Origin: the human T2T-CHM13v2.0 reference genome, Homo sapiens
Strand: one strand, 5' to 3'
Assembly: GCF_009914755.1 (NCBI RefSeq)
Contig: NC_060926.1
DNA: 64,000 bases
Below are positions 35,697 through 48,257 of the stretch, piece after piece; positions within the stretch are counted from its first letter, which is position 1; each line of letters begins with the position of its first letter. Position numbers and translations under genes: made by a program. The notes under the pieces were generated by a model. That model was not told where the DNA came from. It did not search any database and saw only the letters and a program-made list of their open reading frames with translations.

Positions 35697-36542
35697 CTTT
35701 GTGGTTTTATCTACCTTTGGTCTTTGATGATGGTGACATACTGATGGGTTTTTGGTGTGGATGTCCTTTCTGTTTGTTAGTTTTCCTTCTAACAGACAGG
35801 ACCCTCAGCTGCAGGTCTGTTGGAGTTTGCTAGAGGTCCACTCCAGACCCTGATTGCCTAGGTAACAGCAGCGGTGGCTGCAGAACAGCAGATATGGGTG
35901 AACCACAGATGCTGCTGCCTGATCGTTCCTCTGGAAGTTTTGGCTCAGAGGAGTACCCAGCCGTGTAAGTTGTCAGTCCGCCCCTACTGGGGGGTGCCTC
36001 CCAGTTAGGCTACTCGGGGGTCAGGGACCCACTTGAGGAGGCAGTCTGCCCATTCTCAGATCTCAAGCTGCATGCTGGGAGAACTACTACTTTCTTCCAA
36101 GCTCAGTTGGAAATGCAGAAATCACCCGTCTTCTGTGTCACTCACGCTGGGTGCTGTAGACTGGAGCTGTTCCTATTTGGCCATCTTGGCTCCTCCCCCC
36201 ATGTTTAAATGTTTATCAAAAAATAAATAAAGTTTACCTCTGATCTCACCATCTGGAAGTAGCTTTCACTAATGTTTTAGTACATTTTCTTTTACTCTTC
36301 TGTGCATGCCAGTACATACACACACACACAGACACATAACACATTCATTCTTTATGGACGCTAATCAACAGTATGTACAGTTTTACATTGTGTTATTTTT
36401 ATGTAACAAAATGAAGTTTCGAAGGCATGGTTTTTATTCAGTATTATCCCACTTAATTAACCGTTGTTCTATTTATAATCATTCTGGATTTTTAATTTAC
36501 ACAGTGTTAATTGTAGCTTCATTAGTGCTATGATTTTTTATT

Positions 36543-37980
36543 TCTTCATTTAGTCAACAAATCTTTATTAATTACTCACTCTGTACCAAACATTTTGACA
36601 CAACTAACCAGGAAGATGTGTGTCTTGAGGAGATTACAGCTTTACAGTGAGAAAGACTAGTAAGCAATACTTTCATTCAATTCAGGTCACTCAATTCTTT
36701 GAGGGAAAGGGGGTAAGCAACTACTTCCTAGGGGGTAACTGGGTCTTGAACTGAGTCTCAATATATGAATAAATGAGAGGAGGATACATGTGAAGTAGCA
36801 GGAAATAAATTAGAAAGGCAGGCAGGACTCAGATCATGGGGAGGGAGAGAGAGAAGGGGAGTGAAGGCTTACTTGCCATTATATAAGGAATGGGTATCAC
36901 TGAACATTGCAAATGTGCATGGTGTTGGGGGGAGGGGAGTAAGAACATAGTAGATTTGCATTTTTTAAATGATTATATAACAGTAGAAGATTTATTTCTC
37001 AGGCATAAAACTTAAAGTGGGAAAGTTACTTGAAGTGAGAAATCTACTGGAAGAGTCCACATAGGAAATGAGATCTAATATTACACTACTAGAGGAGAGA
37101 GATTAAGTTATGGCTATATTGAGAAGATAGTTTATGATATTTGACAACTAGTTGGCTGTCAGAAGGTGAAGGGTAAGGAGAGACTCAAATTGCTCTCAGT
37201 CTTCTGGCTTGCTATTATTTTATGAGGTGTAGAATATAAGAGGAGGGGCAAGTTCAGTAGAAAGTGTGGATTTGGGTGTGTTTGGCTTGTGTTCCCTGTT
37301 GATCATCCAGGTAGAGGTGACCAGTTGTCAGCTAGTGCTGCCATCACAGAATATCACAGACTGGGTGGTATAAACAACAGAAATTTATTTTCTCCATTTT
37401 AGGATCTGGAAGTCTGAGATTAGGGTGCCAGCATGGGCAGGTTCTGGTCAGAGTCTTTTTCCTGACTTGCAGTGGTCACTTTTTCTCTGTGTTCTCACAT
37501 GCAGGAGAGAGTGCAAGTTATCATTCTACCTTTCTCTTCTTATAAGGTAACAGTCCTGTTGGATTAGGGCCCCACTCTTATGACCTCATTTAACCTTAAT
37601 TATCTCCTACAAACCCTAGCTCCAAATACATTCAAAATGTTTAGAGCTTCAACCTATGAATGAATTTGGGAGAGTAGGGATATTTCAGTCCATAACAGCT
37701 AGACATCAGTCTTGAACTTAGTGACACCTAAGAATTGGAAGTATAGTTGGGTATGCCTCATCATGAGAATGGATAGGTACACCCAATCGAGCATCCGGAG
37801 AAGGAATGGAAAAGGGTCAAGAACTGAAGCATTTATGTTGTTCTCAGGAGAAGAGAAGATAGCAAAAAAGACTGAAAAGGTAGGGTGAAGGAGCTGGAGG
37901 ACAAGCAGGAAGCAGGATGCCTCTGCATGTAAGGAAGCAGATAATTTTATCTAGAGTGGAAGATTCAAAAGTATTAAATG
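36543..37980 (-). mobile_element. L2 remnant (fragmented, interrupted by MLT1A)
   Basis: ttcatttagtcaacaaatctttatt L2 3' terminus and purine-rich L2-like body; boundaries approximate. Confidence 0.5.
37325..37697 (-). mobile_element. MLT1A-like MaLR solo LTR
   Basis: gctgccatcacagaatatcacagactgggtgg...aaacaacagaaatttatt...attagggccccactcttatgacctcatttaacc...cagtccataaca. Confidence 0.85.
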
Positions 37981-38001
37981 ATATGTAGAATATCATATTC
38001 T

Positions 38002-38040
38002 TTTTACCTATCTAAACAACTATTTTACCTATCTAAACAA
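38002..38040. repeat. Tandem duplication, period 21 (ttttacctatctaaacaa x2)
   Basis: Direct reading. Confidence 0.85.
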
Positions 38041-41000
38041 GTCAGATCCCAATCTTTTGCTCTTGACAGCATATGGTATTGGGAATATTCACTCATTCCT
38101 CACCTCTTCCTTGTTCCTAGTTTCTTTTTAGCTATTCCATCTGCCTTGTTTATCACTGTTCTGTGTTACATTGCTTGTAGTGAACAATGTCAGTAACGTA
38201 ACATTGGACTACTTAACAATATAGAAACATTGCTTTGTGTCTGCTTTTCCATATTCAGTAGATTGATATTTTTAATGTTTGATCATTTTTAAAAAATGAT
38301 CCCTGACTAGAGATAGCATGAGATTAGCAGGGCAAACTGTCGAATGGACAACATATACCTAACTAATGAAAATATGTTATAGATGAGTCACACTTCAGAC
38401 ATTAATCCATAATGGGTCTCTATTTGGAGTTGTTTGAATGACATGTGAGATATATAATCCAAAAGAAATAAGCTTAGAACTGTTTAAGCATGACCTTTCC
38501 TAGGAGAAATAAAAAATAAGTTAAAAAGTTATTTTCAGAAGGAAATATATTAAAGTCATTCCTAGAGTTAAGAAAAGAATGTTAGGAAAATATTTACAAA
38601 ATAAATTGTATAATATCTATAAATATCATGGGGGATAAATAAATAGGAACTGGGAATATATCTCCAGGTATTTTCACAGAACAGCTTAATGACAAAGACA
38701 TTTCCTAAGGCTTAAATGTAGCATTATTTTGAATTGTAAAAAGACAACAAATTAAACAGTATTTGTTGTAAAAATGTATCTCATATATTATTACATATTG
38801 CACATCAAGAATATTTTTAAATAAAGTGAATATTATATACTCGCTTTTTTGGTAAATATTGCCTAAGTAAAACATACAATTTTGGCTTTTGCTCTCAAAA
38901 ACAAGCCTTGATGTGCACACAGTTAGAGCTGCGACTGTAGAGCACTATTGCCAAAGGAGGGTGGTAAACTTTTCAGTAATGCTGAACCTACTAGCGTGTG
39001 AGGGCATTTAGCATACTGATAGTGATATGAACTAAAGGAAATGTTGACACTGTCCTAAATAATATTCTTTTTATTTTTAAAGTTACTTCCTTGAAGGCAA
39101 AATCATAACCTGCATAAGCTCATAGTACATTAAGGCTTATTATTTTGCCTTTGCTATATTGCTAAGAAAATAAATTTGGTTATCCTGATAAATTTATTCT
39201 TCACAAGGCCATGAATATTATTTTTTCCCAATAGCTTATAATTTTATTATAGCTTGCAAGTTGATTGTTTTCTTTTGTTATTGGCTTCAGTATTTCCCCA
39301 AGCATAAAATTTTAGATAAGTATTCCACTTGGGGGATTATTGTGCCATCCTCTTCTTTCTACTTAAAGATGCACTTTTTAAAACGGCAATGTATTTGTCC
39401 TTCTCTTCTTCCAAATCTCAAAAATACTCAGTGAATTCTAATAAATAATAGATTAAGTTTTCTGTGATTATTTTAGCCAGTTCATTAGGGAATTGGGGTC
39501 TTGCAGAAGTATATAAATTTTTTAATTGTTTAACTTGACTCATATTTTTATTAGAATTTGTTTATATTTTAATCAAGGCTTTTCATTCTGCTGCATTTTG
39601 TGGGGCATAATTATGTTTTCATAAGGACATATATGATACAACATATGAATTAATAACTAAACAGGAGACTTAGACTTACTTCCAAATCCTTTTTGAGGAT
39701 AAAAAAATAATGGGAAAGAGCATCACTTCTAGCTGTAGAACAGCAAGCAAAAAAACTAGAAAGTTTGCAGATTCACAACTTTTCATGGAGTCATCAGAGA
39801 ACTAAGGTCGTAGGGCAACCAGCTAACCTGAAACTTAGGAGGAGACATGAGCACTTGTTTTCCTGGAGCAGATACTGCCAGATAGCAGTAAGAATTTAGC
39901 TGAATTTTTCAGTCGAATTGGTAAAGCCAGTTGTGCACTAGAAAGATAATATAGCAACCCTATTGACTGCAGATATGAGGGGAATTTGCACTGCAGTCTT
40001 TTCTCCATAGACTTCAATGTATACTCAATATCTATAATATTTATAGATATTATACAATTTATTTTGTAAATCAAAAAAAAAAAAAAAGATCGTCTACAGC
40101 CCTCTGAAAGCATCTCTTCTGATACAGGCATAGCATAAGAAGTACAGGAATCACTCCGAGAAAGGCAGGAATCATCACCTGGATCCTTCTCCCCTTCCCC
40201 CTACAGAAGAAAAGCCTTAAACTGCTAAGTGTAGGACAGCTATTGTCTGAAAAACAGTGTAAAAGGAAGACCTAAAGTTGAGAGTGGAGCAGATACTGAG
40301 AAAAGAAATGGCTATCCATGTATTACCCATCCTCAACACAAGAGAATACTAGAGGAATTTGAAGCCTGTGATGCCAGGTAACTTTGGTAACAACAAATCC
40401 CAAACCTAGCTTAACTCCTGAGTAGAATGATTCAAACCGCAGATCTAGCAGAAGGACAGTCATTCTCATTTAAAGACATAAACACTATTTACTCATTCTT
40501 TAATGTCCTACGCAAGATATTTAGTTTTAAACAAAATGTACAAGACGTGTACAATGGCAAGAAAAAAATGGGCACACTGCCAAAATAAAAAGAATTTTAT
40601 AAAAGCAAAGATATGACTTACATAATAAAACTGTGAGACAGAAAAGTTTTAATTACTGTCATTAATATTTTAAAGACTCAAATGGAAAAAGTGAACAATA
40701 TACACATCACATAGGTAATTTTAGCAGGCAGCTGGAAAGCATAAGAAAGAGTCAGATGGAAATACTAGAACTGAAAAACATAGCAACAAAAGTGAAGAAT
40801 GCATTTGATAGGCTCATCAATATGGTTGGTACACCTGAGGACAGAATTATTATACTTGAAAACGGGTAAATTGAGAGCTGAGGTAGAATAGTGTATTTGC
40901 AATCTTCTGGGAAGTAGTCTTAAATATGTGTACTTGTAATCCCAGATGGAGAAACAGAGAACAGGACCAAAGAAATATTTAAGGAAATAATGGCAAATAA

Positions 41001-41453
41001 TTCTCTGAAATTAATGACAAAGAAATTAAGGAGGATTTAATGAGAAAAAAAATCAATGAGAGACACCAAAACAAATTGAAGAAGCTCAGAGAACGATACA
41101 CACATAAACACATGTATAAAAAGGAACCCATATTCAAATTGCTAAACACCGAAGTTAAAAAGAAAATTTGGAAGACATCCCAAGAAAAAGACATATTATG
41201 TACAGTGGACTTGTTATCAGAAACAAGGCAAGTCAGAAGACAAAAGGGTGACATCTTGAAAGTGATGAAAGAAAACAACTCTCAACCCCGAATTTTATAA
41301 CCACTGAAAGTTATCATGATGAAGGAGAAATGAAGATGTTGTTTGACATATAAAAGTGGGGAGAATTTATTGTCAGCAGAGCTTCTATATAAGAAATATT
41401 AAAGGAGGTTCTTTAGGGATATGGAATGTAATACCAGAGTTAAACTTGGTTAT

Positions 41454-41838
41454 TGATATGGTTTGGTTCTGTGTCCCCACCGAAATCTCACATCAAATTG
41501 TAATTGCCACATGCCAGGGGAGGGACCTGGTTGGCAGTTATTGGATCATGGGTGCAGATTTCCCCCTTGCTGTTCTCATGATAGTGAGTGAGTTCTCATG
41601 ACATCTGGCTTTTAAAATTTGTAGCACTCCCACCTTCACTTGCCCTCTCTCCTGCTCTTCTGTGGAAAGATGTACCTTGTTTCCCCTTCACCTTCTGCCA
41701 TGATTATAAGTTTCCTGAGGCCTCCTAGTCATGCTTCCTGTCAAGCCTGTGGAACTGTGTGTCAATTAACCCTCTTTTCTTCATAAATTACCCAGTCTCA
41801 GTTAGTTCTTTACAGCAGTGTGAAAACAGACTAGTATA
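41454..41838 (+). mobile_element. THE1D-like MaLR solo LTR
   Basis: TGATATGGTTTGG start, GACTAGTATA end, 5-bp TSD gttat/gctat. Confidence 0.88.
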
Positions 41839-44543
41839 GCTATACAGAAAGAAGTGAAGGGCGCTGAAAATAAAATGAATGAAGGTAAAAATAAAACATG
41901 TTTCTCATATTTTTAGTTGCTCTAGAAGATAACTGACCACTTATTAAAAAGTAATAGCAATGCGATATTTATTTATCTTACATGTAAAAATAAAATATGT
42001 GACAAAATACTACAGATGTTGTGTAGGAGAAGTATTGGGATATAGTGTTACAACATTCTTATAATACATATTAAACAATATAACATTTGGGAGTTGACTA
42101 AAGATATGTAACTTAAACTAGGGTAAGTATTAGACACATTTTGAAAAATTATGTATTGTAAGTGAATACCAGAGGTAATATGGTATCATAAAATATATTT
42201 AATCAAAAAAAGAGAAGAAGAGGAAAAAAATAAACAACATATGGAACAAGTAGAGAACAGACAGAAAGATGGTAGATTTTTAATTTAACAGTGTTAATAA
42301 TTACATTAAATGAAAATAGTCTAAACACATTAATTTAAAAACTGAATGACAGATTGGGTAACAAGAGCAAGATCCAAATATATACTGTGTACAAGAAACC
42401 CACTTAATGTGTATGGATATATATAGAAAAGTAAAAGAATAGAGAAAGACAGATTATGGAAGCATCAACCAAAAAAACTAGAATTGCTATATTAATATCA
42501 TTAGACTTTAAATAACATATATTAACAAGGTTAAACATGAACATTAAATAATGACAAAGAAATCAATTTTCCAAGAAGACACCTTCAGTCCCAAAAAACT
42601 ATTTAAATATATATGTACTTAACAACATAAATTCAAAATATATAAGGTGAAAATGAATAGACTTGAAAGGATAAATAGATAAATCCATAATTATATTGGA
42701 AGGCTGTAACAGTCCTTTCTCACTAATTAATAAAACAACCAAATAGGAAATGAGTAAGTATAAAGAAGACCTGAGCAACACAATAAGCACGATCAGCCAA
42801 TTTGATCTAATTTATATTTATATAACAGTCTAAGCAACAATGCAGCTAAAGCAACTCTTCAAGGAAAACTTTATAGATTTGATGCTTATATAATATCAGA
42901 ACAGAAAAAAACTAAAATTCATGATCTAATCTACCATCCTAAGATACTATAAAAGTAAGTGCAAATTAAATCCAGGACAAGCAGAAGGAAAAACTAATAA
43001 ATATAGAAGCAGCAATCAAATAAATTGGAAACAGACTAATCAAGAGAATGAATGAAATTAAAAGCTGGTATTTGAAAAAAGGCATTAAAATATAATAAAC
43101 CTATTTTTGAAAGATATACAACACGAACTTTCACTAAAAATATAGGTTATGTGAGTAGTCCTGTTTGTATTTAAAAATCACTTAATGAAGAAGCCTGTAG
43201 GCTCAGATAGATTAACTAGTGAAGTCTATTAACCTTTTAAGAAAAAAATAATATAAATTCTACCCAGTCACTTCCCGAAAGGAGAAGTAGCACTTTCGAT
43301 TTATCTAATACTGAAACCAGCCACAGACATCACCAAGAAAAGAAACTGCCAACCAACACACCAATACCTCTCATGAATATAGATACAAGAATCTTCAATA
43401 AAATTTTAAGAAAAATCATCTAGTAGCATATTAAAAGGATATTATATTATGAGAAAATTGTATTTATCCAGAAAATCCAAAATTGATTTAACATTAGAAA
43501 ATCAATGTAATTAATCATATTAATAAAGAAGAAAATTCATATGATGATCTCATAAATGCAGAAAAAGCATTTGACAAAATTCAACATCTATTCCTGTTAA
43601 ACTTCTCAAAATACTAAAAAATAGGAAGATAATTCGTTAACCTTAAATAAGACACTTATTATAGAAATAACTGGCATCATATTTATTAGTGGAAAGCTCA
43701 GTGCTTTTCCACTAAGATCAGAAACAAGGTATATGAACCTACATTTCCTTTTTTTTTTTTTTTTTTTTTTTACATTGTCCTTGTGGCATGCAACCTTACT
43801 AAAATCACGTATTTGTTTTAGGATTTGTTTTATAGATTGTTGGGGATTTTCTACATAGAAACCATTACTGTATGTAAATAGATATTGGGTGCGAAAGATA
43901 CAGTCACAGAACAAACCTATACCATTATTATTAATTAATTTTCTTAAAAAGGTGCAGAAAATTCAATAGAGAAATGTATTTTCAATGAATTGTGCAGAAA
44001 GCAATTAGAGATCTATATCTAAAAAATGAACATAGACCCATGATTCACACCTTATATAAAGGTTAAATCAAAATGTATTATAAGTCTGAATGTAAAGCAA
44101 CATGTAAAACTTTTGAAGAAATACAATATTTGTAACTTGGAGTTCAACAAATTCTTAGATATGATACCAAAGTCATCATCCGTAAAAGAAAATATAAATA
44201 TATTTAACTTTAAGAATATAAATTTTTGCTCTTGAGAAGACATTATTAAGACAATGGGAAGCAAACCACAGACTGGGAGAACATATTTTCAAGTCAATTA
44301 ATTGACAAAGGATTTATATTCAGAATATATAAAGAACTCATACAACTCAATAATAATTAAAAACTATCTAATTAAAACAAATGAATAAAAAATTAACAGG
44401 TACTTCACCAAAAAAAGACATATGAATGGCAAATAAGCACATGAAAATATGCTCAACCTCATTATCTGTTAGGAAATGGAAATTTAAAACAAAATGAGAT
44501 ACCACTACACACCTATTATTATAACTTTATAAAAACTGAAAGG

Positions 44544-44967
<424 letters not shown>

Positions 44968-45318
44968 TTAAACTTACTTTGTGACTCAGCCATCACACTA
45001 CAAGGTATATACTCAAGAGAAATGAAAACTTAGGTTCACACAAAATCTTATACGTAAATATTATAGCAGCTTTATTTATAATCACCAAAAATTGGAAGCA
45101 ATTAACATGCATTCAACCAGTGAATGCATAAACAAATGGTGGTATAACCTTAAAATGGACACTCAGCCCTAAAAACTAAATGAACTATTGATATACACAC
45201 ACAGGGTAACAAACTACATTTTTCCATTTATATGACATATTGGAAAATATCATGTAAATAAAATGTTTTGAACAAAATTAGAGTCAGTAGGTGCAGTTTT
45301 GGTTTCACTTGGCTTTCT

Positions 45319-46071
45319 ATTTATTATTATTTGTATAAATTTAAGGCATACAAGAGCAATTTTGTTACATGGATATATTGCATAATGGTAAAGTCTGAGC
45401 TTTTAGTATAACCATCACTTGAATAGTGTACGTCGTACTCATTAAATAATTTCTCATCCTTCACTACCCTGTCACACTCCCATCCTTTCAAGCTTTTCCA
45501 CTGTCCATTATCCACACTCTGTGTCCATTTATTAATGTACACATTGTTTAGTTCCGACTTATAAGTGAGAAAATGTGGTATTTGGCTTTCTGTTTCTGAG
45601 TTATTTCACTTAAGATAATGGCTTCTAGTTCATCTGTGTTGATACAAAAGATATGATTTCAGTCTTTTTATGGCTGAATAGTAGTCCATTGAAAAAATGC
45701 TCAACACCGCTAATCACAGATAACTGCAAGTTAAAACCGTCGTGAGGTATCATCTTACACCAGTCAAAATGGCTATTATTAAAAAGTCAAAAAATAACAG
45801 AAGTTAGCAAAGATAAGGAGGAAATGGAATACTTATACACGTTTAGTGGGAATGTAAATTAGTACAATGTCTATGGAAAAAAATATGATGCTGTCTCAGA
45901 GAACTAAAAATAGAACTACCATTTGATCAAGAAACCCACTACTGGGTATATTCACTTGTATATTTATCACAGCACTATTCACAATAGTAAAGATATGGAG
46001 TCAACTAAGTGTTTATCAATGAATGATTGGATAAAGTAAATGTGAAGTATATATACACACACACATAGACA
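45319..46071 (-). mobile_element. L1PB4-like 3' end with 5' inversion (twin priming)
   Basis: Minus-strand 3'UTR ~45319-45690, plus-strand upstream segment ~45691-46071; TSD cacttgg(c/a)tttct at 45306-45318 / 46072-46084. Confidence 0.85.
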
Positions 46072-46499
46072 CACTTGGATTTCTTATTGCTCATCTCGTC
46101 TCTTATGGTATGTGCGTTTGTATGTTTGTGTGATGCTTTTATTAGTAAGCATTTTACATTAAAATATTATTTGCCATATAAATGAATGCGAATAACCTGT
46201 AGCTTAATTATTTTTATGTGGTATAAGTATTTATTAGAAATCAAATGGACGTTGAAATTTAGTATCATATAGAACTTTAAATTAACCCCGGAAGTAAGTT
46301 ATATTTCCTCCACACTCGTTAATGTCACTGCAAGTTGTTTCTCCATCACAGAATATAAATGGGAGTATATAGCAAATGTCTAGCATGCTATGTACAATAA
46401 ATAATGTATGATTAATTAGTCATTTTTTAAGTGGAAAATTATTTTAAAGTAGTTTGAACTATGATTTAATTTTTAAATACACTTAAACAGTATGTTAGA

Positions 46500-46612
46500 T
46501 TAGCAAAGGCAGAAATATTTTCATCACTTTGTTATTTATTGATGCCTAGACCAATGTTTGGAACATAGTAGACCTCTGATTAATATTTGTTGAATTATTT
46601 ATTGAATACATT
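46500..46612 (+). mobile_element. L2 3' end remnant
   Basis: gcctagaccaatgtttggaacatagtagacctc...aatatttgttgaat. Confidence 0.55.
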
Positions 46613-47664
46613 TGGAATAATAATACATCATAACTAAATATAACAAAACCATTTTTCTAAGGTATACTTTAGGAAAATCTAGAATAAATATGAATTTTGG
46701 GGTTGTAGCATTGTTATATTATGAATATGGATTGAACACTCATTAATAGGAGAGAGAGGAATAAAGAATAAATAATCTTTGAGATGAAGATATTTCCATG
46801 TCTAATATTGTAGGTAACAAAAATGATAGACTTATATCTTTTAGAAAGAGTTACCTGGCTTTCTATTATGTACTGCTTTTCTGATGATTTCATTGCTTTA
46901 GTATTTTTAACTTGTTTCTAATAAGAGCTGATTGGTTATTTCTCCCCTTAGTATATATAAATGTAGCTATTCTAAATAATCATTTATTAACACAAATTAA
47001 ATTTTTATTTCATTTATTGATACAGTTTGCCAGCGATTAGTGTCCGAGTTAAGAAATACTGTTATAGCAACAGCAATTTCCCTAGAGGACTTCTTAAATC
47101 ATAAAGTGAGAGTATTTCAAATTATATTTGCTTCACTTAAATGTATCTGTTCTGAAAATGGCAACATTGATCCCATGATATACCTGATATATTCTAATTG
47201 CCTAGAACGTAAACCACAAATTCTGCATTGCAGATACTATCACAGTAAATGCTGCTTAACTTATGCAAAATTTATAGAATGATGACAAAACAAAAGCTTC
47301 TGAGAGGATAAGTGTTTCACCACAAGCGGTTTCTGTATCTGACTCCATTTCTAAACTGTAAATCAGCCTTAAATTATCATTGAGTCCTATGATAGACACT
47401 AGTAATGGTAAGAAAATATGCCATTTTAAGCTATATTCTTATTGACCTGTATGTTTATATGAGTGTGAATATGTGTGTACCTGTGTGTACATGTTTATGT
47501 ATGCACACCTTTTTTACACGTTATTTTTTAACTAAAATATTTTTTCTTTACTTTACTTTACTTTACACCATCATGCATTGTTACTTTGACCTCTACAACC
47601 TAACAAATATCTGCCCTCTAATCCAATGGGAAGGAACAAAATCCTGTAAGAGTGTAGGAAACCT

Positions 47665-47852
47665 GAGGATGGTCTACAAGGTTGGCTGCCCATTGGAAAC
47701 ACTTGTGGAATTTTAAAGAGATATCGATATCTTTGTTCCACCCAAGGAATTCTGATTAAAAATTTATTGTATGTACATTGGATATCTGTATTTAAAAAAA
47801 ATCTCCCCAAGTGATCCTAATATGCAGTAAAATCTGAAAATCCTTCCTCTAG
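47665..47852. mobile_element. MER5A-like DNA transposon fossil
   Basis: ggttggctgcccattggaa...aattctgatt...ctccccaagtgatcctaatatgcag. Confidence 0.7.
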
Positions 47853-48084
47853 AATACAAAAATAAAAGTGCCTAATAAACAATGATTACTGTGTATTCTG
47901 AAACCAGAAACAACCATTTTCTTAACCTTTTATGGTTTAAAAAAGTATGGTAGGAAAGTTATTTTAAAAGGAATTAAAGGTGATTTTATGTGACATATGT
48001 TTATTTTTTTAATGCAATCTTCATTATAATGGTTTTGAATTAAGGTATAACCTGTTTTTCTTGTGGAGTGTATGCAATAGAAAA

Positions 48085-48245
48085 TCACCCAACTTAAGAG
48101 TCAGAAAACATGAGTGTGTGTGGTGGTTCTGCCACTTCTTAAATATATTGCCTTGGCTGGGTTCTCCTATAAGACTTACTTTCTTATTGCCCATGGTAGT
48201 ACAATTGTTATAGCATTTCAAAAATTAAATGGTGTGTTTATAATA
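48085..48245 (+). mobile_element. MIR remnant
   Basis: agagtcagaaaacatgagt...ggttctgccactt...gccttgg. Confidence 0.5.
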
Positions 48246-48257
48246 AAGGCTATATAT

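Noticed and set aside
46287-46299. ETS motif CCGGAAGT overlapping a GTAAGT donor
   Set aside because: Isolated short motif with no matching acceptor or promoter context
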